Below, piece after piece: positions 47,201 to 58,060 of a stretch of DNA of 64,000 nt. Position 1 is the first letter of the stretch. Each line of letters starts with the position of its first letter. The stretch comes from Candidatus Woesebacteria bacterium RIFCSPLOWO2_01_FULL_39_23 (GTDB taxonomy: Bacteria; Patescibacteriota; Microgenomatia; UBA8517). Both the position numbers and the translations under genes were made by a program. The stretch lies in NCBI GenBank assembly GCA_001793095.1, contig MGHG01000007.1:1306-65305 (forward strand). Direction: 5' to 3'. Below the pieces are notes generated by a model. It searched no databases. It was not told the origin of the DNA and saw only the letters and a program-made list of their open reading frames with translations.

Positions 47201-48049
47201 ATGTATAAAGATCTTAGGCAAACCGGGGATTACACAAAATACGCAAAAAACATTGGGTGGGAGGTAGAAAGGGTAGGCAAGAACTATTGTTTTATAAAGA
47301 AATTCTCTATAGTTGGCTCTGTTGTTAAACTACAGAGACCGGGAAAAATTGGTCATAAAGATATTAAGATATTAGGATATTTAGCGAAAAGATATCGCGC
47401 TTATCAAATTGGTGTTGAACCAACAACCTCTGAACATGTTCCGTTGCTCGTGAAGTTCGGATATAAGATAAGTAGATATCCGTCTCTGCCTTCTAAAACT
47501 ATTCTTATAGATTTAAACAAGAATGATAAGGACTTGATGAACGGGATGCATTATAAAACTCGGTATAACATTGGAAAAGCAAAGAGGAATAAGTTAGCTG
47601 TTCACCGTTCGGAGAATATTAAAGAATTTGCTGATTTATGGCAGAAAAATTCAAAAAGTTGGGGCATGTTTTTACCGCAAACGAGTGAAATTACTGCTTT
47701 ATTCAAGGCATTTGATGGAGATGCAAAGATTATTTTCGCAAAGAAAGGTAAAGATATTGTAGCCGGCGTGATGGCTGTAAATACCAAGGACATCATCTAT
47801 TATATGTACGCTTTTTCGACTCCGTTGGGGAATAAACTTTTCGCACCGACTCTTTTGGTTTGGGAAATAATAAATTATGCAAAAGAAAAGGAGCTAAAAC
47901 TTTTTGATTTCGGGGGAGTATATGATGAGCGATTTCCGCTTCCGAGTTGGATTGGCTTCACCAGATTTAAGGAAAGTTTTGGGGGAATGGTCGTTGAGTA
48001 TCCCGGACTCTATGTTAAATCACTTCTTCCTTTCGGGCTTACTTTCTAA
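47201..48049 (+). CDS. FemABX-family peptidoglycan peptidyltransferase
   Basis: KTRYNIGKA, FDFGG, GFTRFKESFGG. Confidence 0.88.
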   Translation: MYKDLRQTGDYTKYAKNIGWEVERVGKNYCFIKKFSIVGSVVKLQRPGKIGHKDIKILGYLAKRYRAYQIGVEPTTSEHVPLLVKFGYKISRYPSLPSKTILIDLNKNDKDLMNGMHYKTRYNIGKAKRNKLAVHRSENIKEFADLWQKNSKSWGMFLPQTSEITALFKAFDGDAKIIFAKKGKDIVAGVMAVNTKDIIYYMYAFSTPLGNKLFAPTLLVWEIINYAKEKELKLFDFGGVYDERFPLPSWIGFTRFKESFGGMVVEYPGLYVKSLLPFGLTF

Positions 48050-49250
48050 TAAATAGAATGACATTGGGAAGGTTTCTACCTGGGCCGACTTTGTAGCCGC
48101 CACTCCAAAGTGCAGTTGAGCCGCCATCATCAAGGTTTAATGCATTCTCCATTCCGAGTGCTTTCATTACCCTTGCGGATTCGGCAACAGTCGCGTTATG
48201 AACGACTCCAATAAAAACAGTATTTCCTTTGTTAGCAACAAAACTTCTAGCGCCTTTTGATCCCTTTTTCGGATCGTCGTCGCCTCCAAAAGATATGTTT
48301 GAATTAAATACCAAAAGCGGGTAATTGGATAAAACCCCATTTGGGCCGGTATCTCTACCCCATTGCGATATGGCTGAAACAAATCTGATGTAGCCGTCTC
48401 CGAAAATAACACCCGGGTTGGTGCTATAAACATTATTGCCTGAATTAAAGTAAGTTTTATCTTTATTCATAACAAGTAGGTCAAAAGAGTTTGTTTTTCC
48501 GGCGCATGTCGGATATGTCGCAGGACAAAAATAGGTTCCGTTCACGCCGGCATATGCCCCGTTTCTGGAGATATAATCAGCTAAAGGAAGGACCGGACAA
48601 GCGTTTGCACAGTCGGAAGTACTCGCCGTATCGACGATAACTTTCGTACTTCCCAAATCCCCCGAAACAATATCCACCATAAATGTTCCAGCATCTACCT
48701 GCACGCTTTGTCTTCGGTAACCGGAGGACGGAGGAGTATTTTCGACCGGTAAATTTTCGGGAATCGTAAATGCAGATGAGATTTTATCCGTCTCGGCTTT
48801 AATATCATGTGACAGTTGAGTTATTTGGTCATTAGCTTTTTGATATTCCTGATTTGAAAGCAGTGTAAAAATTTCGGCCAATTGGTCGTCAAATTTAGAC
48901 GTATTTTTCGATATCGCTTTTAAATCGAGTAAACTTTCATACACGAGGACGGCATTTTTATATGCTTTTCGAATGCTCTCTATCTCGTCTTCAAGCTCTT
49001 TATTCTTCTTTCTTTGGTCTTCGTGTTCCATCTCATTTATTCTTTTTTGACTTTCTTCATAGCTTTTTGTAAGTTGGCTTTTTTCATTCTCAATAGACTC
49101 GATTTGTATATTCAGTTTCTGAGATTTTTGATATGTGAAACCTACGAAAACAAGGAGAGATAATGTTGAAAGTGATATCAAAATTAATATTAATATCTTT
49201 TTGTTGTATTTTATTTTAATCGCAGGCTTTTTAAATTTCGGAATTCTCAT
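48039..49250 (-). CDS. Phosphodiester glycosidase (NAGPA-like) with coiled-coil stalk
   Basis: GVNGTYF, ALNLDDGGST. Confidence 0.85.
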   Translation of the reverse strand: MRIPKFKKPAIKIKYNKKILILILISLSTLSLLVFVGFTYQKSQKLNIQIESIENEKSQLTKSYEESQKRINEMEHEDQRKKNKELEDEIESIRKAYKNAVLVYESLLDLKAISKNTSKFDDQLAEIFTLLSNQEYQKANDQITQLSHDIKAETDKISSAFTIPENLPVENTPPSSGYRRQSVQVDAGTFMVDIVSGDLGSTKVIVDTASTSDCANACPVLPLADYISRNGAYAGVNGTYFCPATYPTCAGKTNSFDLLVMNKDKTYFNSGNNVYSTNPGVIFGDGYIRFVSAISQWGRDTGPNGVLSNYPLLVFNSNISFGGDDDPKKGSKGARSFVANKGNTVFIGVVHNATVAESARVMKALGMENALNLDDGGSTALWSGGYKVGPGRNLPNVILFIRK

Positions 49251-49277
49251 TTTTATTTTTATATAGTATTATGTTGC

Positions 49278-50549
49278 ATGATGATTAGTGCTTTTGCAAA
49301 TGCGAAAAAGCAAATTGATGACGTCGCAGAACTGTTAGGTGAGGATTATAGTAACAAAAAACGGTTTAAGATAGCCGTAGAACTTCTTAAAAAGCCCCAA
49401 AGAGTTTTAACAACTAATTTAAAAGTAAAATTAGATACCGGGAAAACAAAAAGTTTTAGAGCGTTTCGTAGTCAGCACAATAACGCCAGAGGCCCCTATA
49501 AAGGAGGCATAAGGTTTCACCCGAATGTTTCCGAAGATGAGATAAAAGCGCTCTCGACATGGATGAGCATAAAATGCGCAGTAGTCGATATTCCCTATGG
49601 TGGGGCTAAGGGTGGAATTATTTTTGACCCCAAGAAAGTATCTGAGTCGGAACTTCAACGGATTTGTCGGGCATATGCGAAGTTTCTAACTCCGCATATT
49701 GGAGCATGGGTTGACGTTCCGGCACCTGATGTTAATACGGGAGAGAAAGAAATGGCTTGGATGCTCGAAACTTATGAGGAAAAAATTGGTTATCATTCTC
49801 CTGCTACATTTACGGGTAAACCTATAGCGCTTGGAGGTTCACTTGGTAGAACAGAAGCAACTGGACAGGGCGGTGTTTTTGTTTTAGAAAGTTATGCCAA
49901 GCACCAGGGATTGGAGAGAGATAAATCAACACTAGCAGTTCAGGGTTTTGGTAACGTAGGCTATTGGTTTTCAAAATTGGCTGAAGAATTGGGATATAAA
50001 ATTGTGGCTGTTTCTGATTCGAGTGGGGGATTATACAGCTCCAAAGGATTGGAGATAGACGAGTTGGCTGAACTGAAAGAAAAACACGGATCGTTCAGCA
50101 ATCTTCCCAGGTCTAAAAACTATGAACTGATAACTAACGACAAATTACTTACTTTGAAAGCGGATATACTCGTTCCGGCAGCCTTAGAGAATGCGATATC
50201 CGTTACAAATGCTAAAAATGTTAATGTCAAAACAGTTCTTGAGATGGCGAACGGTCCGACGACTCCGGAGGGTGAAAAAATTCTGCTTAGAAAAAAAATA
50301 AATGTTTTACCGGATGTTTTATGCAACGCAGGAGGTGTGACAGTGTCCTATTTTGAGTGGGTTCAGAATCTGCACGGTTACCAATGGACTAAGGAGCGGG
50401 TGAATGAGGAACTTAAGGTTATTATTACCAATGCTTTTGAAGAAATTCACACTGTTGTCCATCAGAAAAAAATCTCCTACAGAAAAGCAGCTTACTACAT
50501 TGCAGTAAAGAGAATAATCGACGCAATGATGCTTCGGGGAAGAATTTAG
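49278..50549 (+). CDS. gdhA: Glutamate dehydrogenase
   Basis: GPYKGGIRFH, GGAKGG, DVPAPD, QGFGNVG, NAGGV. Confidence 0.96.
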   Translation: MMISAFANAKKQIDDVAELLGEDYSNKKRFKIAVELLKKPQRVLTTNLKVKLDTGKTKSFRAFRSQHNNARGPYKGGIRFHPNVSEDEIKALSTWMSIKCAVVDIPYGGAKGGIIFDPKKVSESELQRICRAYAKFLTPHIGAWVDVPAPDVNTGEKEMAWMLETYEEKIGYHSPATFTGKPIALGGSLGRTEATGQGGVFVLESYAKHQGLERDKSTLAVQGFGNVGYWFSKLAEELGYKIVAVSDSSGGLYSSKGLEIDELAELKEKHGSFSNLPRSKNYELITNDKLLTLKADILVPAALENAISVTNAKNVNVKTVLEMANGPTTPEGEKILLRKKINVLPDVLCNAGGVTVSYFEWVQNLHGYQWTKERVNEELKVIITNAFEEIHTVVHQKKISYRKAAYYIAVKRIIDAMMLRGRI

Positions 50550-50558
50550 TCAAATTTT

Positions 50559-50798
50559 CTAAATATTGTTATATTTTTCTAATAGTTTTTCAATTGTTGT
50601 ATATTGAGTTTTTGCCATGCGTTCAAAAAGAGCACCCGTATCATATGCATCCCAAGTTTGAATTCCGGAATCACCGAAAGGAGGTAATTCTACTCCTTGT
50701 AATTCGAATAACTCCTTAATTATAGGAATTGCCCTAACGCCATAGTAATATTTTTCGTAACCTTTTAGAACTCCTTGTCTTGCACACTCTGCTGACAT
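50559..50798 (-). CDS. Small orphan protein
   Basis: ORF with TATAGT upstream. Confidence 0.5.
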   Translation of the reverse strand: MSAECARQGVLKGYEKYYYGVRAIPIIKELFELQGVELPPFGDSGIQTWDAYDTGALFERMAKTQYTTIEKLLEKYNNI

Positions 50799-50819
50799 AA
50801 TTTAGACTATAACACTGTA

Positions 50820-51851
50820 TTATGGAATCATTACCACCTTTCCGCTATTACCGCTTTCCATAACTTCGAATGCTTTCTCAAATTCTTCAAGCTTGAAGGT
50901 GTGAGTGACGATAGGTGAGAGATCAACTTTACTGTTATCTACTAAATTCTCTAGCTGTTCCCAGGTTGTCCACAAAAGCCTGCCGACTACTCCGTGAATA
51001 GTTATTCCTTTGAAGATAACAAACGAATTAATATCAAAATTAATTGGTTTTGGGTATAGGCCGAAAGCTATAACGTCGCCTCCCGCTCTGACGCTTTTTA
51101 TACCATCCAACATTGCTGACTCTGCTCCGGACATTTCAAGGAGTACATCAACTCCCACTCCATTGGTTTTTTCAGATATGAATAGTGGAAGATTAGTATT
51201 TTTAGGATTAACAGTAAAATTTGCGCCTAATTTTTTGGCAAAATTGATCCTGTTGCCGCTAATATCTGATGCAATAATAAGTTTAGCTTTTTGTTCTTTT
51301 GCAGCAAGTAAAGACATTAAACCCACAGGTCCACAACCAGCGATGAGAACGGTTTTTCCGGTCAATGGAATTTTGAATGCTGCATGAACAGCATTGCCAA
51401 AATTTTCCTTTAAGACAGCAATATTAACATGTAAATCTTTCGGATTTCTGCGTGCATTTTGCCAGGGAAGCGCGATATATTCTGCAAAACTTCCGTTTGT
51501 GTCAACACCTATAATTTTTGTCTCGGGAGCGACGTGACCTAAATTGTTTTTATAAAATTCACCATTGTAATCGACTATATGGCTTTCAGCGCTGATAAAG
51601 TCTCCTGTTTTAAGTTGTTTAACGTTTTTTCCCGTTTTTACAATCTCTCCGCATAGTTCGTGGCCTTGAATCAAAGGCAGATTTTTTACCCGTAACTTAG
51701 CCCAGTTGTCCCAGTTATAAATATGTAGGTCTGTCCCACAGATAGATGTCGCTTTAACTTTAATGAGAACATCACTTGACCCAACTTTAGGTGTTGCTAC
51801 ATCAACCAATTTAAGTCCGGTTGTTTTTGCGGTTTTTACTAGTGCCTTCAT
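50820..51851 (-). CDS. tdh: L-threonine 3-dehydrogenase (MDR family)
   Basis: ICGTDLHIY, GHE, GNAVH, GCGPVG; adjacent to kbl. Confidence 0.88.
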   Translation of the reverse strand: MKALVKTAKTTGLKLVDVATPKVGSSDVLIKVKATSICGTDLHIYNWDNWAKLRVKNLPLIQGHELCGEIVKTGKNVKQLKTGDFISAESHIVDYNGEFYKNNLGHVAPETKIIGVDTNGSFAEYIALPWQNARRNPKDLHVNIAVLKENFGNAVHAAFKIPLTGKTVLIAGCGPVGLMSLLAAKEQKAKLIIASDISGNRINFAKKLGANFTVNPKNTNLPLFISEKTNGVGVDVLLEMSGAESAMLDGIKSVRAGGDVIAFGLYPKPINFDINSFVIFKGITIHGVVGRLLWTTWEQLENLVDNSKVDLSPIVTHTFKLEEFEKAFEVMESGNSGKVVMIP

Positions 51852-51925
51852 TGAATAACTTTTCCAATAATTTCTAAATATCTTGCCTCATCTTGCTCTA
51901 TTGCTATATAGCAATAGAGCGGACA

Positions 51926-53131
51926 TTAGGTAATTACATTAAGCAAGAACCCAACCCTCTTAAAAGACTTGAGCGCTTTGTCTAAATTGTCTTTAGTGTG
52001 TGATGCACTGATCATTACTCTGATTCTGGCTTTTTCTAAGGGTACTGTAGGGTAGGTTATCGCTGTTGCAAATATTCCGCTATCAAATAATAATTTACTG
52101 AATTCTTTTGCAAGTTTAGCCTCTCCCAGCATTACCGGAACAATCGGAGTCTGTGAATTTCCAATATCAAAGCCAAGTCTTGTCATCGCGTTTTTAAAAT
52201 AATATGTGTTTTCCCAGAGTTTTTTAACTAACTCATCCGATGCTTCGAGGATTTTAACTGCTTCCAAACAAGCAGCAGTATCGGGTATCGTCATCGCCGA
52301 AGAAAACAGAAATGGTCTTGCTTTTTGTCTTAACCAATCAATTATTAATTTTCTTCCTGCAACCATGCCGCCGACTACGCCAAAAGCCTTACTCATTGTT
52401 CCTACCTCCACATCTACTTTTCCATGAAGGTTAAAGTGGTCGGTAATTCCCCGACCTTTACCCCCTAAAACACCCTCACCGTGTGCGTCGTCGACCATTA
52501 AGAGTGCACTATATTCTTCGGCAAGTTTAGTCAGTTCAGGCAGGGGAGCAATATCTCCGTCCATACTAAAAACGCCGTCCGAAATAATAAGTTTTTTCGT
52601 TACTTCGTTACTTTGTTTCTTCGTTTGAATAAATTTCTCCTCTAAATCGCTGGTGTCAAGGTGGTGATACCTTATTACTTCAGCTTTGGATAAGCGGCAA
52701 GCGTCAATAATGCTTGCGTGATTTAGTTCATCCGAGAAGATAATATCCCCTTCCCCAACAAGAGCGGGGATAGTTGCCAAATTTGCCATAAAACCAGACT
52801 GAAAAATTATAACGTCTTCGGCTTTTTTAAACTTGGCTAATGCCTTCTCAAGATCATTATGGAGGCTATTTGTTCCCGCTATGGTTCGTACAGCTCCCGG
52901 TCCAACCCCGAATTTATCAATTGCATTTTTGGCAGCTAATTTTATCTTCGGGTGATTTGCAAGCCCCAGATAATTATTAGAACAAAAGTTCAGGACACTC
53001 TTGCCGTCGATTACCAAGTTTGCTCCCATCGGACTTTCAATCTCGCGGAAATTGATAAGCAGCGACTTCTCACGGAGATTTTGCATCTCTTTTTCTATCC
53101 ATGAAATTTTCTTGGGAATTTTTGTATTCAC
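51926..53131 (-). CDS. kbl: Glycine C-acetyltransferase (2-amino-3-ketobutyrate CoA ligase)
   Basis: CSNNYLG, NHASIID, DDAHG, TMSKA. Confidence 0.9.
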   Translation of the reverse strand: MNTKIPKKISWIEKEMQNLREKSLLINFREIESPMGANLVIDGKSVLNFCSNNYLGLANHPKIKLAAKNAIDKFGVGPGAVRTIAGTNSLHNDLEKALAKFKKAEDVIIFQSGFMANLATIPALVGEGDIIFSDELNHASIIDACRLSKAEVIRYHHLDTSDLEEKFIQTKKQSNEVTKKLIISDGVFSMDGDIAPLPELTKLAEEYSALLMVDDAHGEGVLGGKGRGITDHFNLHGKVDVEVGTMSKAFGVVGGMVAGRKLIIDWLRQKARPFLFSSAMTIPDTAACLEAVKILEASDELVKKLWENTYYFKNAMTRLGFDIGNSQTPIVPVMLGEAKLAKEFSKLLFDSGIFATAITYPTVPLEKARIRVMISASHTKDNLDKALKSFKRVGFLLNVIT

Positions 53132-53192
53132 TTTAGTTGTGTCGAGTGTAGCATACCGAAGCTCGGTGTTACCAGTTGTGGTATATTTAAGT

Positions 53193-55652
53193 ATGGAATT
53201 TTTGAGCTGGCATTATAGTGAGGGGATCACTTTTTATATTAAAAGATGGGTCTATGGTCTCAGATTTATTAACCACTATTTTTCACTTCCATTACTTTTG
53301 GAAACACTTTTTTCTCCCTGGAAAAGGCTTGAGTCGGACGACAATCAACCCGGATTTAATATTTCAAGATATTTCGAAAACTTAACATTTGATGTGATAT
53401 CAAGAGGAATTGGTGCGGTTGTTAGGATTACCCTTTTCATTATTGGAGTATTTTCTTTAGTTATTATTTTTGTCGGCGGTGGGGTGGGAATTCTTGTTTG
53501 GCTAATTCTCCCTTTTATCGGCTTACCCGCTTATGTCAGATTTCAAATGCGGCCGAGTATTTTTGTTAAGAAAACAATGGCTGATTATAAAAGCGGAAAA
53601 GATCCCTTTAAGTCATTTTTTGTAAATCCGGCAGGAAAATTTCTGATAGATCACCTAGGCCTGACAGCTAGTGATTTTAAAGAGATAACATTTTTAGATC
53701 GGTCAAAAATTCCCAATTTTACACCCCAATCATATACGGATATTATAGAAAAGTTTATAAAAATTAATGTTTGGCGGGAAGATATACTGAGCAAAAAGTC
53801 TTTAATTTTTGACGATCTAATGCTTACGGCAAAATGGTGGGACGATTTAAGAAAACTTCAAGCCCACCTCGACGATCACGAGAACTATGGCAGGCCGGGA
53901 TTGGGACTCGATCTTATCTTCGGTTATATTCCGATACTATCTCAATATTCATTAGATCTGACAGGCGCAAAACCCTTCCAACATAAATTAATAGGAAGAG
54001 AAGACGTTGTAAAAAGAATGGAGAGAGTGCTGTCAGGCGGAAGCAGTATTATATTACTTGGTCAACCCGGAGTCGGTAAAAAGACTGTTGTCCTGGAATT
54101 TGCACAAAAAGCAATAACGGGTGAGCTCGGTGAAAAAATGTCCTTTAAAAGAGTTTTGGAATTTGACTATAACTCTCTTTTATCCGGATCGTTTGACCTT
54201 AATACTAAAAAAACCCGGCTTGCGCATATTTTCAGAGAAGCTTCGGCAGCAGGGAATATCATCCTGTTAATTCGCGATATTCAAAGACTGACGAATCCGG
54301 AAGTTGAAGGATATGACTTTACGGATGTTTTCGAAGAGTATTTGGAAAAAAGAAATCTTAAGCTGATTGTTATCTCCTCGCCGGTTGAATATGAACGTTT
54401 TGTCGCTGGGAACCTGCGACTCCGAAAGTTTTTTGAAACCGTTGAGGTTACGCCTCCTTCGATGGAAATTGCGATGGATATATTAATAGAGGTGGCAAAA
54501 AATTGGGAGTATTCAACAAATATTACAATTACGGTTCCCTCCCTTCGCAAGATTCTTGAAGAGTCCGACCGCTATATTACTGAAACACCTTTTCCTGAAA
54601 AAGCGCTGGAGCTGTTGGACTCAATAGTAAATTACCGCAAACTTAATGGAGGAGGTGTTGTAACAATTAGCGATGCAAATACGGTTTTGGCTGAAAAGAC
54701 GGGTGTTTCTTTTTCTGCATTAACTGAAGTAGATAAAACCCGTCTTAATAATCTGGAGGAACTGATTCACAAAAGATTGATCAATCAGGAGGGAGCTGTT
54801 TCGATGATAGCAAAAAGTATGCGCGGCAGGAGTGTCGGGGCGATTAAACCCGACAGACCAATCGGATCCTTCCTTTTTATGGGGCCAACCGGTGTTGGTA
54901 AAACCGAGACGGCGAGAGTTTTAGCGTCTGTTTATTACGGTAGTGAAAATCAGATTTTACGTTTTGATATGGCGGAGTATGCAGGGGCGGAGGGTATTTC
55001 CCGGCTTATCGGCTCAGTTGCCGGAAATAGGCCAGGAGTTTTAACTACTGCCATAAAAAATCGCCCGGCATCGTTACTACTTTTGGACGAGATAGAAAAA
55101 GCGCCGAAAGATATTTTTAATCTCTTTTTAGCAATGCTCGATGAAGGTATGCTTACGGACGCTTTCGGCAGAAGGATAAATTGCAGACACCTTTTTGTTA
55201 TCGCAACTTCGAATGCAGGGGCGGAGTATGTTAGGCAATTGGTTTCAAGTGGTGTGAGAGGCGAAGAGTTGCAAAAGGAAGTTGTTAATTACGTTCTTGA
55301 AAAAGGAATATTTTCCCCCGAGCTGATTAATCGTTTTGATGGGGTGATTGTTTACGAGCCGCTATCGCGCGATGATTTGGTAAAAATAGCTCGGCTTCTT
55401 CTCGAGGATTTGGCAAAAAACTTAAAGAAACAGGATATAAATATCGAGGTATCAGAAGAAGCTGCAATAAAGTTAGCAGCTGATGGTTATGATCCGGCTT
55501 TCGGTGCCCGTCCAATGCGAAGAATAGTCGATCTCTATATAGGTGATTTAGTGAGTCGGGCAATTCTGGAAAATCAGATTACAGGAGGGGACAGGATAAA
55601 ACTTATTCCGGGTAGCGGCGTTCGAGAATTCACTTGGGAGAAAGTAGCCTAA
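53193..55652 (+). CDS. ClpA/B-type AAA+ ATPase with N-terminal membrane domain
   Basis: [41 protein letters not shown]. Start moved to ATG 53193; the longer ORF overlaps kbl. Confidence 0.9.
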   Translation: MEFLSWHYSEGITFYIKRWVYGLRFINHYFSLPLLLETLFSPWKRLESDDNQPGFNISRYFENLTFDVISRGIGAVVRITLFIIGVFSLVIIFVGGGVGILVWLILPFIGLPAYVRFQMRPSIFVKKTMADYKSGKDPFKSFFVNPAGKFLIDHLGLTASDFKEITFLDRSKIPNFTPQSYTDIIEKFIKINVWREDILSKKSLIFDDLMLTAKWWDDLRKLQAHLDDHENYGRPGLGLDLIFGYIPILSQYSLDLTGAKPFQHKLIGREDVVKRMERVLSGGSSIILLGQPGVGKKTVVLEFAQKAITGELGEKMSFKRVLEFDYNSLLSGSFDLNTKKTRLAHIFREASAAGNIILLIRDIQRLTNPEVEGYDFTDVFEEYLEKRNLKLIVISSPVEYERFVAGNLRLRKFFETVEVTPPSMEIAMDILIEVAKNWEYSTNITITVPSLRKILEESDRYITETPFPEKALELLDSIVNYRKLNGGGVVTISDANTVLAEKTGVSFSALTEVDKTRLNNLEELIHKRLINQEGAVSMIAKSMRGRSVGAIKPDRPIGSFLFMGPTGVGKTETARVLASVYYGSENQILRFDMAEYAGAEGISRLIGSVAGNRPGVLTTAIKNRPASLLLLDEIEKAPKDIFNLFLAMLDEGMLTDAFGRRINCRHLFVIATSNAGAEYVRQLVSSGVRGEELQKEVVNYVLEKGIFSPELINRFDGVIVYEPLSRDDLVKIARLLLEDLAKNLKKQDINIEVSEEAAIKLAADGYDPAFGARPMRRIVDLYIGDLVSRAILENQITGGDRIKLIPGSGVREFTWEKVA

Positions 55653-55654
55653 CT

Positions 55655-56605
55655 ATGGCATCTGCTAAAATTGATTCCTTACTGAAGTTTCTCGCGGAAA
55701 AAGGAGTTATTTTGAAGATACTCTCGATTTTAACTACCTTGATTTTAGCCTCGACACTTATATTTTTCTATTTTTTTATCTATCTGTCTCCCAAGGCAAT
55801 TCTTTTAAGAGCTTTCCATAATATTAATCAGACCGATGCGTTTAAATATTCCTTGGACTTAAACTTAAAATTTGATAGTAATTCCGGTAATTATTTAGGT
55901 AGTCAGGAGGGCGCGATTGAGGAGATAGTTAAGTCAAAAGAAACGCATCTAAACTACAGAATAGTGACAGATGGCCAAATCAGATTAAGCGGAAATGCAG
56001 ATATCGAATCAGCAGTAAATATACTGACCGATGGAAAAAAAGTAGTAAATTTTGATCTTCTTTACAAGGATGCGAGTATCTTTTTTAAGATAAATGATTT
56101 TCTTTACAAGGACTATGTGGATAAGCAGTTACAGGGTGGTTGGATAAAAATTGAAAACGATTTTTGGAAAAACAAAAATATTTTAAATGAGCTTGGTGAT
56201 ACTCCCAATATATCTACTGATTCGTCCGAGTTTTCGGTGTTCCGAAATTTTCCTTTAGTAATAACCGACAAGCTGCCTTCTGATAGGGTTCGCGGGGCCA
56301 TTAGCTATCATTTTAAATATAAGGTTAATAAAGATAAGTTAAAAAGGCTAATTTCGGAAAAAGTAAATTTTTTTAATCCAAATTTATTTAAGTTTATCGG
56401 AGGTGCAGAATTCAGTGAGGGCGATCTCTGGGTCGCTAAGGGGGGAGATCTATATAGAATTAAAGGATCTGTGCATATAGATAACGTCGGTTCAGTCGGT
56501 AATTATTTAGATTTACCATACGATATCACCTTTTATAGAAGTAATGACATAAATGACATTAAACCGCCTCAAAGTTATAAAAATATCGACGACATACTAA
56601 AATAA
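55655..56605 (+). CDS. Membrane-anchored hypothetical protein
   Basis: Single TM plus beta-rich extracellular region. Confidence 0.65.
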   Translation: MASAKIDSLLKFLAEKGVILKILSILTTLILASTLIFFYFFIYLSPKAILLRAFHNINQTDAFKYSLDLNLKFDSNSGNYLGSQEGAIEEIVKSKETHLNYRIVTDGQIRLSGNADIESAVNILTDGKKVVNFDLLYKDASIFFKINDFLYKDYVDKQLQGGWIKIENDFWKNKNILNELGDTPNISTDSSEFSVFRNFPLVITDKLPSDRVRGAISYHFKYKVNKDKLKRLISEKVNFFNPNLFKFIGGAEFSEGDLWVAKGGDLYRIKGSVHIDNVGSVGNYLDLPYDITFYRSNDINDIKPPQSYKNIDDILK

Positions 56606-56628
56606 TTTTAGCCTCAAACTTGATTCAT

Positions 56629-56646
56629 CGGTACAAATATGTACCG
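56629..56646. promoter_or_regulatory. Palindrome upstream of the alpha-glucan operon
   Basis: CGGTACA-AATA-TGTACCG directly before TATACT. Confidence 0.45.
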
Positions 56647-56716
56647 GTATACTATTATTAGTACTTGACTTCGAAATGCATAGGTCTAATACTGGAATAA
56701 TTGGTGCACATAAATC

Positions 56717-57922
56717 ATGAATCCTCGTGTATTGATGATTGGCTGGGAGTTACCGCCTTTTAATAGTGGCGGTCTCGGTGAGGCTTGTTTGGGGCTTGCA
56801 AAAGCGCTTTCAAAGAAGGGAGTTAAAATTACTTTCGTTCTACCCCAGAAAGTTGATATCAATGTTGATTTTATGGATGTCGTTTTTGCTGACATTGAGG
56901 ATAGTTTAAAAATGATGTTAAGCTCGTACGTGACATACTCAGAATGGGCAAAACAATTCGGTACGGATGGAAAAAACATTAATCCGTTCGATTTTTTAGG
57001 TGGAGCTTTAGAATACGCAGAAAAGATTGGAAAAATTGCGAGAAGGTGTAACTTTGATCTAGTACATTCTCATGATTGGTTAACATTTCCGGCAGGTATA
57101 GTTGCCAAGAAATTAAGCAATAAGCCTTTCGTGACCCATGTCCATCAGACTGAAATGGACCGTACGGGTGGTCATAATTTAAATCCTATTGTCTATAATA
57201 TTGAAAAAGTGGGAATGGAAAAAGCGGATAAAGTTATTTCCGTCAGTCAGTTTACAAAAAATATCTTGGTTAATAATTATGCGATAGACCCAAATAAGAT
57301 AACCGTAGTTCATAATGGGATTGAAGAAATTTCCAGGAAAAGACTTCCCCCGGCTTTGGCCGCGATGAAAAAATTAAATTACAAACTCGTGCTCTTTTTA
57401 GGGAGAATTACCCTAATGAAAGGACCGGAATATTTTGTCAGGGCTGCAAAGACGGTTCTAGAACATCGACCAAAGACAATATTTGTCGTAGTCGGATCCG
57501 GCGATATGCAGGAGCAAATGATGGCTGAAGCGGGCAATTTGGGTATTATGGATAACTTTCTTTTTACCGGTTTTTTAAGAGGTGAGGAGAAGAATAGAAT
57601 TTGGCAGTCAGCAGATCTTTTTGTCATTCCTTCTGTTTCTGAACCTTTCGGAATAACCGCACTTGAGTCGATAGCCAATGGAACTCCAGTCCTCTTATCT
57701 AAGCAATCAGGAGTTGCTGAAGTTTTATCACACGTTCTGAAGGTGGACTTTTGGGATACAGATGAGATGGCTAATAAAATTATTTCAGTCCTTGCTTATC
57801 CATCATTGAAAAAAGTGCTGAAACAGGAAAGTTCAAAGGAACTTCCGCTTATCAATTGGGATAAATCAGCCGACAAGTGTATTGGAATTTATAGAAGCAT
57901 TCAAGAAAACCACGGGTTTTGA
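56717..57922 (+). CDS. GT4 glycosyltransferase (glycogen-synthase-like)
   Basis: GWELPP..SGGLG, HSHDW, EPFGITALE. Confidence 0.9.
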   Translation: MNPRVLMIGWELPPFNSGGLGEACLGLAKALSKKGVKITFVLPQKVDINVDFMDVVFADIEDSLKMMLSSYVTYSEWAKQFGTDGKNINPFDFLGGALEYAEKIGKIARRCNFDLVHSHDWLTFPAGIVAKKLSNKPFVTHVHQTEMDRTGGHNLNPIVYNIEKVGMEKADKVISVSQFTKNILVNNYAIDPNKITVVHNGIEEISRKRLPPALAAMKKLNYKLVLFLGRITLMKGPEYFVRAAKTVLEHRPKTIFVVVGSGDMQEQMMAEAGNLGIMDNFLFTGFLRGEEKNRIWQSADLFVIPSVSEPFGITALESIANGTPVLLSKQSGVAEVLSHVLKVDFWDTDEMANKIISVLAYPSLKKVLKQESSKELPLINWDKSADKCIGIYRSIQENHGF

Positions 57923-57998
57923 CCCGTGGATGAATTGAACGCTTATATGTCATCCTCCTTTAGAGGAAACCCTGCCTTTAAAGGCAGGGAGGATGTCA
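57900..57998 (+). mobile_element. Non-autonomous IS200/IS605-type element #3
   Basis: TTCAAG-AAAACCACGGG/CCCGTGG-ATGAATTGAA ... CCCTGCCTTT/AAAGGCAGGG-AGGATGTCA. Confidence 0.75.
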
Positions 57999-58060
57999 TA
58001 ACCAACTACTATGAAATTTTCCATTTACCATTTGTCATTTATCACTTGTTATTTATATTG

